A DNA stretch of 64,000 bases from Mobula hypostoma. Lineage: Eukaryota. Position 1 is the stretch's first letter. Each line of letters opens with the position of its first letter. The stretch spans positions 53,260,001 through 53,324,000 of the forward strand of contig NC_086097.1 in assembly GCF_963921235.1 (NCBI RefSeq), given 5' to 3'. Shown here in pieces: positions 25,047 through 38,695 of the stretch. Below the pieces are notes generated by a model. That model was not told where the DNA came from and ran no database searches. It saw only the letters and a list, made by a program, of their open reading frames with translations. The translations under genes and the position numbers were made by a program.

Positions 25047-25939
25047 CAGTCGGCCCTCCTTATCCGCGAGTTCCACATGTGCGGACTCAACCAACCGCGA
25101 TTCGGGAAAACCCGGAAGTTCTCTCTCCAGCACTCGTTGTTCGAGCATTGTTTGCCTCACACCTCGTTTGTTCGCTACGTTATTTCTGTGAAAAAATGGC
25201 TCCTAAAAAGCAGCTACTGGTAAAAGCAGTTCCTCAAAGGCTAAGAGGGAGCGTAAAGTGCTATCTCCCACCGAGAAATTAGAAATATTAGATCTTTTGA
25301 AAAGTGGCATGTTGCATTCTGAAGTGGGCTTTAAGGTCGGTAAGAACGAATCGAGCATTTGCACAATAAAGCAGAAAGAAACTGAAATTCGTGGAAGTGT
25401 TAGTGCTAGGGATGGCTGGCTGGCTATGTAAAGTGCTACAGCCTCAAGAACTTAAAGTTCACGGGAGAATTGGCATCGGCGTTCCCAGAAGAGCTACGGT
25501 GGTTGCGTCTGTACTGAACATGTACATACTATTTTTCCTTGTCATTATTCCCTAAACAATACAGTGTAACAACTATTTACATAGCATTTACGTTGTATTA
25601 GGTATTATAAGTCAACAGAACAGAAAAACTGCGGGCGGCGGGTCCTGTGCTGCCCTGGGTCCTAAAGTCCATCGGCACTGAGACAGGTTAAATAAGGTCC
25701 GGAGCTACCCCGGGTCCTAAAGTCCACCCGCACTGAGACAGGTTAAATAAGGTCCGGAGCTGCCCTGGGTCCTAAAGTCCATCGGCACTGAGACAGGTTA
25801 AATAAGGTCCGGAGCTACCCCGGGTCCTAAAGTCCACCCGCACTGAGACAGGTTAAATAAGGGACTTGAGCATCCGCGTTTTTTGGTATCCGCGGGGGGG
25901 TCTCCGAACCAATCCCTTGCGGATAAGGAGGGCTGACTG
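25047..25939 (+). mobile_element. pogo/Tigger non-autonomous element (second family)
   Basis: TA TSD and 21-bp TIR cagtcggccctccttatccgc / gcggataaggagggctgactg. N-terminal transposase remnant MAPKKQ...EKLEILDLLKSG...GKNESSICTIK. Confidence 0.88.
25649..25862. repeat. 55-bp tandem repeat, ~4 units in ABAB order
   Basis: Units start at 25649, 25704, 25759 and 25814. A = gctgccctgggtcctaaagtccatcggcactgagacaggttaaataaggtccgga; B differs at gctaccccg and ccacccgc. Confidence 0.95.
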
Positions 25940-26329
25940 TATTCGAAGAAACTCAGAAAACATTTCAGGATATCATTTCATGCCTCCGATCATTGCTGCA
26001 GGAACTTTATATTTTCTACTTCTTGCATGGCCAAACCTTTGTATATGTTTATCCTTAACATTCTTGAGAAATCGCCACAGACTCTGTGACTCTGGAATAC
26101 GTCTAACGCTGGAAGATGCCACCTTACATGTCATGATGTTGGTGCTTAGTGTTGGGAGGGTGGCTGACTTCCTTTCCAGGAGAAGACTGTTTGGATAGGA
26201 GGAGTTTATGGGCCAAATGGAGGCAAATGGAACTAGCTTGGAGGACACCATGTCTGGCATGGGCCCGTGTCTATGCCATATTACTCTACACCCTGGAAAC
26301 CAATCAAAATGAAGGGAAATTAAGTAGTG

Positions 26330-26831
26330 GCATATTCAAACACTCACTGACTTTGTGAATGCTACACTCAAAAGTAAATAGACGTTTGCATCCTCCAAAT
26401 CTTTCCGTTTCATTGTAACATTTAATAAGATGGTCAATATTTTCATAATTATCGTATTCTTAACTTGAAGGGGTGAAATTGCTTCATTTTCAGTCCTAGC
26501 TGTTTCTGTCATCTCCAAGCCTGAATGCTTTAAACTGCAGTGAGCAAGACAGTTCTGAATTGTCTATTTATTTCTCAGCAATTATCAGTGAGCAAAAATT
26601 ACTGCTTTTTGAACACAATCACACTCAGCTGACAATATTTAAAAACCTTTCACTCTAAACATGGCGTAATGTCTAACGGCCACACAAGTGTGTGCGACTG
26701 ACGCTAGTAAGGAACTATTCAGCACAGTGTCCCAAATAAATGAAGGGAATTCCAGCTATTTTCTCAATTTGTTTTTGTTCTTTAAGAGTTATCCAAAACA
26801 AGTGGCTGCCCCAATTAACCAGAATACACAG
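26330..26831. mobile_element. Partial copy 3 of the 4951-5751 MITE family
   Basis: Colinear with 5260-5751 and ends ccaattaaccagaatacacag. Confidence 0.7.
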
Positions 26832-26924
26832 CATTACGTTGTCTAGCCTCATGTATGGTTACAGATTCAGATTTTCTTTTTCAAGTTAAATTGACGAAAT
26901 TGCCTTGGTCAATAAATCATTTCC

Positions 26925-29270
26925 TTAAGACACAGGAGCAGAATTAGGTCACTCAGCCTATCAAGTATGCTCTGCCATTTTATCTTGGCTCTTTTATAAT
27001 TCCCTTTTAACCCTGTCTTCTTGCCTTCACCCCATACCCTTTGACATACTTACTAAGCAAGAACATATCAATGTCTACTTTAAATATCCCCAATGAACAG
27101 TCACCCATGGCAATGAATTCCACAGATTCACCAACCTCTAAAGGGACTTTCTTCTATTCTGAGGCTGTGCTTTCTGATCCTAGACTCGCCCCCTACTGGA
27201 AACATCCTTTCCACTTTCTGTCTATCCAGGACTTTCAATAATTGGAAGGTTTTAATGAGATCCTTCCCCCCCCCCCCCCCCAGTCTTCTGAGTTCCAGGG
27301 AGTTCAGGCACAGAGCCATCAAATGCTCCTCATAACCCTCTCATTCTAGGTTTTTAGGAAGCCTTCTCAGGACCCTCTTTGATGTCAGCATCTTTCCTTA
27401 GAAATAGGGTTCAAAACTGCTCACTATATGCCACATGGTCTAAACATTATAAAAATTCTCTGCGTTGTACCCTTGCTTTTATATTCTAGACCTCTTTAAA
27501 TAAATGCTAACACTGCACTTGCCTTCCTTACTACTGACTTTAGGGAATCCTGCATGAAGACTCTCAAGTCCCTTTGCACCTCTGATTTCTGAAATTGCTC
27601 CCCAATTAGAAAATAGTCTGCCTTTATTCCTTCTACCAAAGTGCACCACCATACATTTCTCTAAACTGTATTCCATCTGTCACTTCTTTGCCCATTTTCC
27701 TAAACTGTTCAAGTCTTTCTACAGACTCCCTGCTTTTCAAGACTGCCTGCCCCTCCTCCTACTCTGTATCATCTGCAAACTTGGTCACATATCCATCAAA
27801 CACATCATCCACATCAATAACATACAACTTGAAAAGCAGTAGACTCAAAACCAGCCCCTAGCCACCAGCAACCAACCATAAAGAGCTCCCTGTATTCCCT
27901 CTTTGTCTTCTGACAGTCAGCCAATCTTCTATCCATGCTAGTACCTTTTCTGCAATACCATGGATTCTTATCCTGTTTAGCAGCCTTTGCTGCAGCACCT
28001 TGTCAAAGGCCTTCTGAAAATCCAAGTAAACATCATCCACCAACTCTCCTTTGTCTACTCTGTCTGTTATGTCCTCAACTAATTCTAACAGATTTGTCAA
28101 GGAAGATCTCCCCTTAAGTAAACCATGCTGACTTTGGCCTATTTTATCACATGCTTCCAAGTACCCCAAGACTTCTTCTTTAATAATGGACTCTAACACC
28201 GTACCAACCACTAGAGTCAGGCTAACTGGGCTATAATTGCTTGTCTTTTGCCTCCCTCACTTCTCAGGAGAGTGGAATGAAATACGTAATTTCCTCCAGA
28301 ATCATTCCTGATTCTGGTGATTCTTGAAAGATCACTACAATTGCCTCCTCAGCTGCCCTCTTCAGAACCTTAGGGTGTAGGCCATCCAGTCCAGATGACT
28401 TATCCACCTCAGACTTGGAGCTTCCCAAGCACTTTCTTGTTAATAATAGCAACTACACTAACTTCTACCCCATGAGTCTCTCGAATTTCTTGTATATTGT
28501 TGGTATCTTCCACCATGAAGACTGACTCAAAATACTTATGCAGATTGCCCAACATTTCTACTTCTCCAGCACCATTTTCCAGTGGTCTGATTTCCACTCT
28601 TTTCTCTCATTTACTTCCTATATATCTGAAAAATCTTTTGGTATCTTATTTATATTATTGGCTAGCTTACCTTCATATTTTGTCTTTTCTCCCCCTTTTG
28701 CTTTTGTAGTTCCCTTCGGTTAGTTTTTAAAAACTTTCCCGTCCTCCAGCTTCCTACTAATTTTTGCTACATTATATGATCTCTCTTTTGCTTTTATGCT
28801 GTCTTTGACTTCCCTTGTCAGCCACTGTTGCCTCATCCTCCCTTTATATTGCTGCTTTTTCTTTGGAATGAAACGAACAGGCAAATTCAAAATTATTCAC
28901 AGAAATTCTTGTCATTGCTGCTTTACTGTCATCCCTGCTAGGGTCTGCTTCCCATAAACTTTGGTCAGCTCCTCTCTCACATCTCTGTAGTTGCCTTTAC
29001 TCAAATGTAACACCAATACATCTGATTTTAGCTTCTCCCTCTCAAACTGCAGGGTGAATTCCATCATAATATGATCACTGACTCCCAAGGGTTCCTTTAC
29101 CTTAAACCCCCTAAATAAGATCTGGTTCATTACACACTCCAAACCCACAATTGCCTTTTCCTGAGTGGGACTGACCACAAGCAGCTAAGTAGGCATTCTA
29201 CAAATTCCTCTCTCAGGATCCAGAGCCAAACTGATTTTCCCAGTCTATTGGCTTTCTGACTTTCTAAAGT
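26925..29270 (-). mobile_element. Decayed CR1 LINE (endonuclease C-terminus, RT and tail)
   Basis: EPLGVSDH, KSSGLDGLHPKVLK, SQHGLLKGRSSLTNLLE, DVYLDFQKAFDKV, KCMVVHFGRRN. Confidence 0.9.
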
Positions 29271-30358
29271 CCCCCCCACTCCAACGACCACCATAACATC
29301 TGTCATTTTAAAAAATGTCTTTACCGTTGTTTTAAATGCCATGAAGTGGACTTTTGCAGCAGTTATCTCGGTGGCGGGAAAAACAACATTGGAAGAGGGC
29401 ATTAGGCCCTCAGTCAGCTGCAATTCATTTGAAATGAACAGCAGAAAGCACAGCACAGCGCTTACACTGTCTGCTTTTAACATATTTCATCAGTGTCAAA
29501 ACCAATTTGGTCAAAACCCTACCCCAACAACTTCTCAGGTTTAAATGACTAGGGAATCATGAAAACAACAAAGTAAACCAACATATACAGTATTTGTTCA
29601 GTATTGATAAACATTTGCCTTTTTTTAAAACACGAATTAACTGCGCTTGGCAGTGTACCTAACAAACAGTGGCTAAAGTGGTGATGATGGTGGGAATAGT
29701 TTCTACATGAACAAGGGTCAACTTCTATTTTCTCCAACCTTTCAAGTGTACTTGGATTATATGATACTTAATGAAAATAGTGACATCCCTGAAGTACTGC
29801 TAAATTTTTTAATCCAATATAGGAAAATGCCAAATACTTCCATCTCGTGTTAATGATTCAGAAACAGCGTCTTCCCCTCAACCATCAGATTTCTGAAAAG
29901 TCCATGGAAACTATTTCATTATTCTTTTTTTATTCATATTTATTTTTGGAATTTATAATGATTTTGTGTCTTTGCACTGTACTATTGGAAGAAAGCAATA
30001 AATTTCACATTATATACACAATAATAAATCTGATTCTAAATAGTACAAGAATCAAGACTTCATTGTATGTTTCAAGGAAGACCTGGGCTTTTAAACATGG
30101 AATATTTGCTTTCCTATTCATTAATACAGAGCCCAAATGTTTTACAGCATAACAGGCAGTCACTCAGTTCAATGTGCTTGTACAATTTTTCTATGAAGAA
30201 CTACAGTATGCAATTCATTCCTTTCCTTTCAAAAGGAATCATACATTCATAAAGTTCTCTTTTAAAATAAATTCTTGATTATGTTTCCACCAACTAATTT
30301 GCCTCATTAATCTTTCAGGACAAAAATACATTATTCTTATTTACCAATCACTACCAAG

Positions 30359-32190
30359 TAATGTTCCCTCTAATTTTTAGTAGTCAGTGTGTGCAAAAAT
30401 CTTATGCTGTGCTATCTTTTTTCCTGTGACAAAAGTATGTGTGCACTGAATGCACACATGGGAGTTTATGTAGGTCTACAAAATATTTGACATAAAACTG
30501 CAGAGAATAACAACAAAATAACATACATATTTAAGTCACACACAAAAAAAAATGCTGGTGAACACAGCAGGCCAGGCAGCATCTCTAGGAAGCGGTACAG
30601 TCGACGTTTCGGGCCGAGATCTTTCGTCAGGGCTAACTGAAGGAACAGCTAGTAAGAGATTTGACAGTGGGAGGGGGAGGGGGAGATCCGAAATGATAGG
30701 AGAAGACAGGAGAGGGAGGGATGGAGCCAAGAGCTGGAAAGTTGATTGGCAAAAGGGATATGAGGCTGGAGAAGGGACAGGAAGCCTAGGGAGAAAGAAA
30801 GGGGGGGGGAAGCCCAGAGGATGGGCAAGGAGCTATAGTGAGAGGGACAGAGGGAGAAAAAAAGAGAGAAAAGGGGAAAGAATAAATAAATAAATAAAGG
30901 CTGGGGTACGAAGGGGAGGAGGGGCATTAACGGAAGTTAGAGTAGTCAATGTTCATGCCATCAGGTTGGAGATACTTAATTTTTTATCATATTTAAGTCA
31001 CTCAGTTATTTTCTCTCTCATGTCTTTGGCATTTACCCATTCTTTGTAAACTCTATCTCGACTAATAGAACTTCCGTCCCATTGATAGCTTTTGATTCTC
31101 ATTAACATATCCAAATGACAGTCACCTAAATGGTTTCTCAGCTTGTTTTTGAGCTGTTTCCTCAGGCTAAAGCCTCGCTCACAGTCCGCACTAGACGCAA
31201 GAAAGGTTCCCCCAATGTCCATCAACTGTGCAAAGTCGCAAAACTGTTCATTTTGAAGTACAAATGCCACCATTTGAGCAAAGTTTGAAATTAGTTTGGA
31301 TTTACTTTTTTCTTGTATGGAAAATTTGAAATCATTAAATTGTCTAACTATTACAATATTTTCAGCTAGAAAATTAAGATATTTTAGACATAAGGCATTA
31401 ACCTGTTCATTGCCAAATGTGAAGTCACAATCTGCAATTGTGGAGAAATCCATTCTTGTACCTCAACTTTGATCACCTCTGGGTTTGATCGTTTTCTCTC
31501 TCGCTCATCTGCACTCAACCCTAACATGCATCGCACTCCTGTAACGGGTAATGACGGGTTCTGTTGCCTGAGCTTTTGTACACCATCCAAATGTGATTTA
31601 CTTGTCAAATGACACTTCAAAAAGTCAAGTTTCCAAATATCATCCCACTTCTTTCCACTAGCGAATTCTCCAGCAACTTTCGCATCACGACAATACAAAC
31701 AGATAACTCCAGTTTCCGAATCATTCATAAATATTTCTCATAGCTGAACATTCATGATCTCATGAGCTTTCGGTGTAACAGTTTCTACTATTTTGTTAAG
31801 CCATTCAACTTTAAACAAATTTGCAGTTCTTTTGCGCTTCATGCCCTTCGCTTCTTTTGAATTCGACATAGTGAATCAATATTTTTTTCCAATAAAAACT
31901 TAGTGAGCTATCTACAGGATTTGAAACAGATCTTTGTAAACTTTATGATATGAACATTGTCCGCCAAATATGGCTGCCGCCATGATGCAGCCGTACAAAC
32001 CGGAACAGGAAAGGCGAGGTGACGTAAATTAGTGACGTGTATTGTGGTATTTGAAAAACCGACCAACTAGTTAACAGAAACAGTTAGCTAAAGGATTATT
32101 ATCAATAAGTATAACTATTAACTACAACATTATTTTAGGTAACTAACCTTTTGTGTGCGCACACACGCGCACAGCTTAGAGGGAACTATG
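30359..32190 (-). mobile_element. hAT (Tip100/ZNF862-like) internally deleted transposon
   Basis: Perfect 8-bp TSD ctaccaag (30351-30358 and 32191-32198) and TIR tgttccctctaa/ttagagggaac. The minus strand has an N-terminal zinc finger (CLYC...HLTSKSH) and a hATC dimerisation motif (SSADCERGFS..KNKLRN.L..LDMLMRI). Confidence 0.9.
30540..30972 (-). mobile_element. PLE 3' fragment nested in hAT, with damaged hammerhead (30599-30634)
   Basis: Flanking duplication catatttaagtcac (30526-30539 and 30988-31001). Minus strand reads AGCC CTGACGA AAGA tctcgg CCC GAAACGTC GACT. Confidence 0.85.
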
Positions 32191-32259
32191 CTACCAAGAA
32201 ACATTTGCCTTTTTACAGCAAAACTCATCAAGTAACATTCTGTCATAAATTCTTCAGTG

Positions 32260-34865
32260 AGGCTTCCGACTTCTGGTTTAAGATGGCGCTACTGATGTTG
32301 GGCAACAGTTTACTGGCAGTTCTCAAAGCAAGAAATATGATTAAATACCCAATTAATAACACTTTGTACTTGGAAAATTGCAGTAAACGATCACTGCAAA
32401 CAATAAAGAGTTGAGTGAAGGCAAGGTGGGTGCAAGATGGAGTTGGAGTGAGGTTGAGGCATGCTCAAGTGGCTGGAACGAGGTCAAGGCATGTTTGGGA
32501 CAAAGTTGGAGAAAGTGGAGCGGAGAAAAGTTGGAGCAAAGTTATTTCAGTGCTCGTCCACCTAAATCGGGAGCAAGCTTGGATCTATCTAGGCGTCAGA
32601 GTGACTTAGAAAGATCAGTTTCGGGCCGGAACACAGGGCCCAGACCCTTTAGAGCAGTGGACGCAGAAAGATTTTAAGAAGTTAAAAACACTTCATGCAG
32701 ATATTATTGTTGTGCAGGAGACTCACATCCGTAGGCAGGATGAAAATTTAAATTTTGGAAGGGACCCTCATTTCATTCTTTATCAGTAAATCAAATAAGA
32801 GGAGTATCTATTTTTATTAATTCTAAAATCCCTTTTGTACATTTCAACACAGTTACAGATTTAATTGGAAGATATTTAATTGTTACTGGTCTGTTATGTG
32901 GACAAAAGGTGGCTTTGGTGTGTGTTTATGCACCTGATATAGATAGTCCTGAATTTTTTAAGTAGCTGTTTTCTGTGTCGCCGAATTTAAATGAATATAA
33001 GTGATTATGGGCAGTGACTTTAACTGTTGTCTCAATCCATTGATTGACAGTCGTCCACCAATCTGTCGCTTCGTAATAAAGCTGTCTCTTGTATTAATTC
33101 TTTTTTATTAGAATACGGTCTGGTCGACATTTGGAGATTTATGTACCCTAAAGATAAGGATTTTTCTTTTTTTTTCCCTACATGTATACCTTAAATACTT
33201 AAGAATTGATTACTTTTGTTGGACACGTATTTGGTGCCCTCTATTGCTGATTGTGCGTATGATGTCATTGCATTGTCAGATCTATGAAATTAACTTTGAA
33301 GTTTTCTGATAGTATACTGAAGGTATCTCAGTGGAGATTTAATGCTACATTGCCGTAAGTTTTATGAAAGAGCAGATTTCTCTATTTTTTGAATTAAATA
33401 CAACTGAGGGAATGTCAAATTTAGTTATTTGGGACACGATGAAATCTTTTCTTAGGGGACAGATAATTTCATACTCAATAGGTTTAAGAAGGAAATCCAA
33501 GGCAGAACTTTTAGTGATTACTAATAGGATTAAAGAAAAAGACAAAGTTTATTCAGTAATGCCTAGTGAAGATCTCTAAGGAAAGGGTGGAACTCCAAAC
33601 ACAGCATGATTTGCTTTTGACTTTTCTCATTGAGCAGCAACTTTTTAAATCTAAAATCCAATTTTATATACATGGGGAGAGGTCAGGCAAATTATTGGCT
33701 GGTCAATTAAAAGCAACTATGGCTAGAAGACAGATCCTGCAAATTCGAAGACCTGATAGAACTGAAACGGCAGAACCTTATGAAATTATTAAGGTATTTA
33801 TGGATTTCTACTCTAACCTTTATAAATCTGAATTTTCAGACAATATTAATTTATGACTTCAAAAAGGGTTGATAGCTATAATTTATAAACAGATATTGAA
33901 TTTACGAATGATATCTAATGATAAAATTAAACATGCTTGGGAATTGGAAGTTCAAGAGTCATTTTCAGATAATCAACGGAATAAAATTCTTCATTTGGTT
34001 AATAACTCATCTATTTGTGCCCGTCAATCCTTGATACAGTTCAAGGTAGCGCATCGGGCCCATACGTCAAAGGATAAACTAGCATGTATTTTTTCCAATA
34101 TCAATCCTATTTGTGACAGATGTAATAGTGAGGTGGTCACTTTAACTCATATGTGTTGGTCTTGTATAAAGCTAGATAACTTTTGGAGAGATGTTTTAAA
34201 ACATTATCAAAAGTCCTGGATCTGGACCTACAACTTAATTTACTTACGGCAATATTTGGGATTACCCCATCGAAACCAGGAAATATTCCTATTCAACTTT
34301 ATTGGCTAGGAGAGCCATTTTACTGAAGTGGAAGGATTCTAATCTACCTACTGTCTTTTATTGGCTTTCCTCCATTATGTCCTGTTTAAGTTTAGAGAAA
34401 ATAAGAAGTCAGACATTTGATACATCCTTTAAATTTGAGCAAATCTGGCGACCTTTTATTCAATATTTTCATTTAATTTGATTTATTACTCTTCCAATTT
34501 TTTTCCCCAAAGTTTTAGATTTGATCAGAAAGTCTTTCTTTTTTTTTGGTTGTATCCTCAGAATGGACTGCCCAGTCCCCTTTTTTTTTAAAATATATAG
34601 TGTAGTGGGTTTTCTTTTTCTTCATTTAAAATTCAAAATTTTTTCTTTCCTCTTCATGAACTGATAAGAGAAGATTTGCTGTTTTCTTTTTTATTATATA
34701 TTATATAATAGCTTAACACTATGTATGATTTTGATAATGTTTATTTCAATCTGTTTGTATTGTTATTGATATACATATTTCAGATAATTCTCCTCTTGTT
34801 TGTATTTATGTTCCTTTTAAATCAATAAAAAGATTAATAAAGAAAGAAAGAGCAGAAAGAAAGAA
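32260..34865 (+). mobile_element. L1-clade LINE, internally deleted
   Basis: 5' end gacttctggtttaagatggcg. APE motifs VQETH, RGVSI, VYAP, GSDFN, LVDIWR, RIDYF; also WDTMKSFLRGQII and GERSGKLLA. C-terminal CDRC...HMCWSC, then AATAAA and an A-rich tail. Confidence 0.85.
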
Positions 34866-35835
34866 ATTTGAGCATGCCATTTACTTGCCAACCTCAAATT
34901 CAAAGTGCAATTCTTTTTTAAATGGTAACAATTTACACACGTATGGAATCACTTTTGACTTATAAATATTGATAGCGTCTGCTTCCATCACTCTTTGATG
35001 GAAAAGAAAAAAAATCTAGAACTCACAATCACAAGAAAAAAATTGCACACCATCTGCTTCTTAAACATGCAACTTATTTTTAAAAACTGTAAAAAAAAAC
35101 TGCTTCTCCAAAGAGAGAAAACATTCCCTCCACATCCCCATCAAGATTCCTCAGGTTGGGCTTCAATCAAATGTTTGTCAGTTCTAAACTCCAACGGATA
35201 CAAGCCTAGCCTGTCCAACTTAAACGTTTTAGTGAAAATCACCCATACCAGGAATTCATCAAATGAACCTGTTCCAAATTGCTTTCAATGCATTAATATC
35301 CTTAAGATGTCCAATAGTGTACATTGCCCCAGAAGATGGCTCATTAATATCCTACATGACCAAAACATAATAAATGATAACTTCCGCAGTAGAAAATAAC
35401 ATTCTGTAAGCTTCCCAATTACTTACGTATTCTGCATTTTCGCTCTTTGTAAATCAAGCACGGACACTCCAGTCCTTGGCACCTCAACTGCATGCTTCCT
35501 TTATTTTTCCTTTCCAAATAGGCACTGTCACATTTCCTCATATGATACAGTAATCTAATAACTATTGCTAATGAATGTGTACAAATGCACTGTGACTCAT
35601 TATGTAAACTGAAGCACAATCCTGGAAAAATAGAGGGTGGCCCTGTGTAAGAGCCAGGAATCCCTGATGATACTTGGGCAACAATTACACATCAATGTGT
35701 CATGCCAATCTATGGAGAATACAGTCAATAACTAACGGCACATAAGAGTATCCAAGGCTGAGAGTAGTGTAATTCAATGAAAAGGTTTTGAGTTCAATTC
35801 CCCAATGTTCTAAGTACTGTATGTATGCATTATGC

Positions 35836-36600
35836 CAGGGTCCCAACCTTTTTTGCACCGCAGACCGGTTTATTATAGACAATATTCTTGCGGACCAGCC
35901 GACCCGGGGGGGGGGGGGGGGTGTTTAACCTGAGAAAGACTACCATGACCATGAAGCCTTGCACGGGCACCAGTGCGCATGCCAATTTTTTTCTACAAAT
36001 CGTTTTTGCCGATTCTGTTCGGCGGTGGGGGGTTAATCACTACCGGATAAGTGATAAGTGGTTAATCACTCAATTTCGTTTCTAAGAGGGTTTATCTAAT
36101 GAATTTAATATTAAACACACAGCACATATTTTCCTCGCATGAATATAGGGATAAGTCAATTACTGTATAAGTCACTTATAAGTTAATAGCATCATAACCT
36201 TTTAAGTAATGTTTGGATATTAAACACACAGCACATATTTTCCCCGTATGAACATATAAAATCATTGCAACACACCAATATTGCAGAATCATGGGAGCCC
36301 TGGGCTTGTTTCCCTGCAACAAGACGGTCCCATCAAGGGGTGATGGGAGACAGCGATAGTCGAACAGGGTTCCTTATGTCCAGTCTATTCCGCAATTTAG
36401 TTTTTGTTGCATTCCTTGCAGAGATATGCTGGAAATGGAAGCAATGTTTTCAGTGCTTTTGTGGCTATCTCAGGATATTTAGCCTTGATTTTGATCCAGA
36501 ATGCTGGCAGAGATGTTATGTCAAAAATACTTTCCAGCCCGCTGTCATTTGCAAGCTGGAGGAGTTGATTTTCTGCATAACATTCAGAACTGACGTTTAT
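35836..36600 (-). mobile_element. hAT Charlie/Buster 3'-end fragment
   Basis: TIR cagggtcccaacct. Minus strand SLPAFWIKIKAKYPEIATKALKTLLPFP is a hATC domain. Confidence 0.82.
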
Positions 36601-37842
36601 AAAAGTCAGCCTGTCCAACCTCTGACACTGACACCCTACACTCCTATGTACAATTCTCACTTACTGCATTCCAGGAATGTGAAAATCCCAAACGGATATC
36701 AAAGACTGTATTAGCAAGATTGACCTTTCATCCGAAGCTATGGCAGCAAGCTAATTGTCTTTTCAGGCACAACTTCCCCCAAACCTTCACTCTCCACTTC
36801 TCAACATTCTTAAGCTCTATCCCACCCACCCCACTACCCACAACCCTGGGAAAAAAAAAATCATCATCCAAAACTATTGCTTATATCAAATCTCATTCAT
36901 CCAAGCCTACTCTAACACATCCTGAATACTGGAATTCAAAATTCTCACTCCTCCTTTTCAAGTAACATGCTCCAGCTCAAGAACTTCCAGAGCTGATCTT
37001 TCTATTCCAATTCTATCCCATTTCCTCTGTACGATTTCCTTGCATCATTGACAGGCTCATTATTTAAATATGAATTATTGGTTGCATTTCGCATGGTATC
37101 TAGATTTAAAAGCTTTGGGCGCGTTCTGAATAAATACTTTTTCCTTCCCCATTCCCAGTTTGAAGATATACTTTATGGATGGTTTAGCACTTGATGCATA
37201 TGGCTTACAAAGTGTTAAACAGATAAAGTGGGACTGCAATAATTTTTTTTGCTTTGAGTGAAAAGATGCACTGAATAGTCTTTGTACAACTCTCCATCTA
37301 TTCACTTGACTCCCATCCAGTTGCAAAACATTGGTTCTCATTTCCTTGTTATTCTTGTGGTTCCCTGTTTTTACTCATTTCTAACTTAGAAATGTCTCTT
37401 CTCTCCCTTTTCAGAGCAGCTTTTAAACTATCTTTATGACCAACAGCCTGGTCTGCCTTCCATTTCTTTCTCACACTTTCTTCCCCCCCCCCCAAGCAAA
37501 AGCCCCCAAAGTTCACTCTGGTATTACCCCTCCCAAACTTGTGGTTGCTTCAGTTCTGAGCTCCACCAGACACTACAGAGTATCAGCATCTTGCAAGACT
37601 GCAACTTCATGGGAAGATAAATACACTCACCAAAATCAATCACTGGAAGAACAAAGGCAGTACACAGAATCACCACCAAGCCAACATCCAGATTGGAACT
37701 ACTGCGATCACTTATTGCCAGATCAAAATTTTGCAAGCCCCAAACTATCAACATTCCCCCAGCATTGCTTCTGTGAAGTCTCAAGGGCAATCAGCAATGG
37801 GCAATAAATGCAGATGCTGGGATTATGATTTCTAAAGTAAGA

Positions 37843-38060
37843 TCAAGGATTCAAAATCAAAAGATTCAAAACACATTTATTATCACAGAACTTGCAATCT
37901 GTCTGCTTACAGACAACCACAAAGCAAGAAACTCGAATAAACCAAATTAAAAAAAAGACCAAACAACACTGCGCAGAGAAAGAGAGGGCGAAAAAAATCA
38001 TGCAAACAACAGAAGCAAGCCAACAGCATCCCAAACCAAACTCAGTCTCAGATCTGCTCC
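37843..38060 (-). mobile_element. Retroposon tail related to 3880-4612
   Basis: gattcaaaacacatttattatca...acagacaaccacaaa... Confidence 0.5.
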
Positions 38061-38249
38061 TGGATTTCAAGGCTGATGGTTTTCATTTGCAAATCTGGAC
38101 TTAAATTTTATTACTCCCAGGACACTAACTGTGAAAGTCAAATATAAAGTATGATCTGCAGATTTAATTGTTAAATCTCAAGGTTCAAGTATATGTTTGG
38201 ATTCCTTCACAAAGGAAGATCATATTTTAAACAATACCAATACTTCTTA

Positions 38250-38695
38250 AATAAGACCATAAGACATAGGAGTAGAATTTGGTCACTTGGTCCATCGAGT
38301 TGGCTTTGCCATTTGACTATGGTGGATTCATTTTTCCTCAGCCCCATTCTCCTGTTTTCTCCCCTCAACCTTTGACACCCTTACTAACCAAGGACGCATC
38401 AAACTCTTATTTTAAATATACCCAATCGGTGGCAATGAATTCCACAGATTCAGCATCCTCTGGCTAAAGAATTCCTCCTCATCTCTGTTCTAAAGGGGCA
38501 TCCTTCTCTTCTGAGGCTAAGCCCTGCGGTTCTAGACTCCCCCACTTTAGGAAACACCCTCTCCACATCCATTCTAACTAGGCCTTTCAATATTTGGTAA
38601 GTTTCCATCATATTCCCCCCCCCCACCCCCATTCTGGTAAACTCCAGTGAGTAGAGGCTCAGAGCAAACACTCCTCACACTTTAACGCTTTCATT
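38250..38695 (-). mobile_element. CR1 3' fragment
   Basis: LSLYSLEFTRM..ETYQILKGL..ERVFP and a (tcttatgg)-type tail. Confidence 0.85.

Noticed and set aside
25649..25862. Regularly spaced repeats resembling a CRISPR array
   Set aside because: No unique spacers (full tandem units), located inside a Tigger element in vertebrate DNA, and no cas genes.
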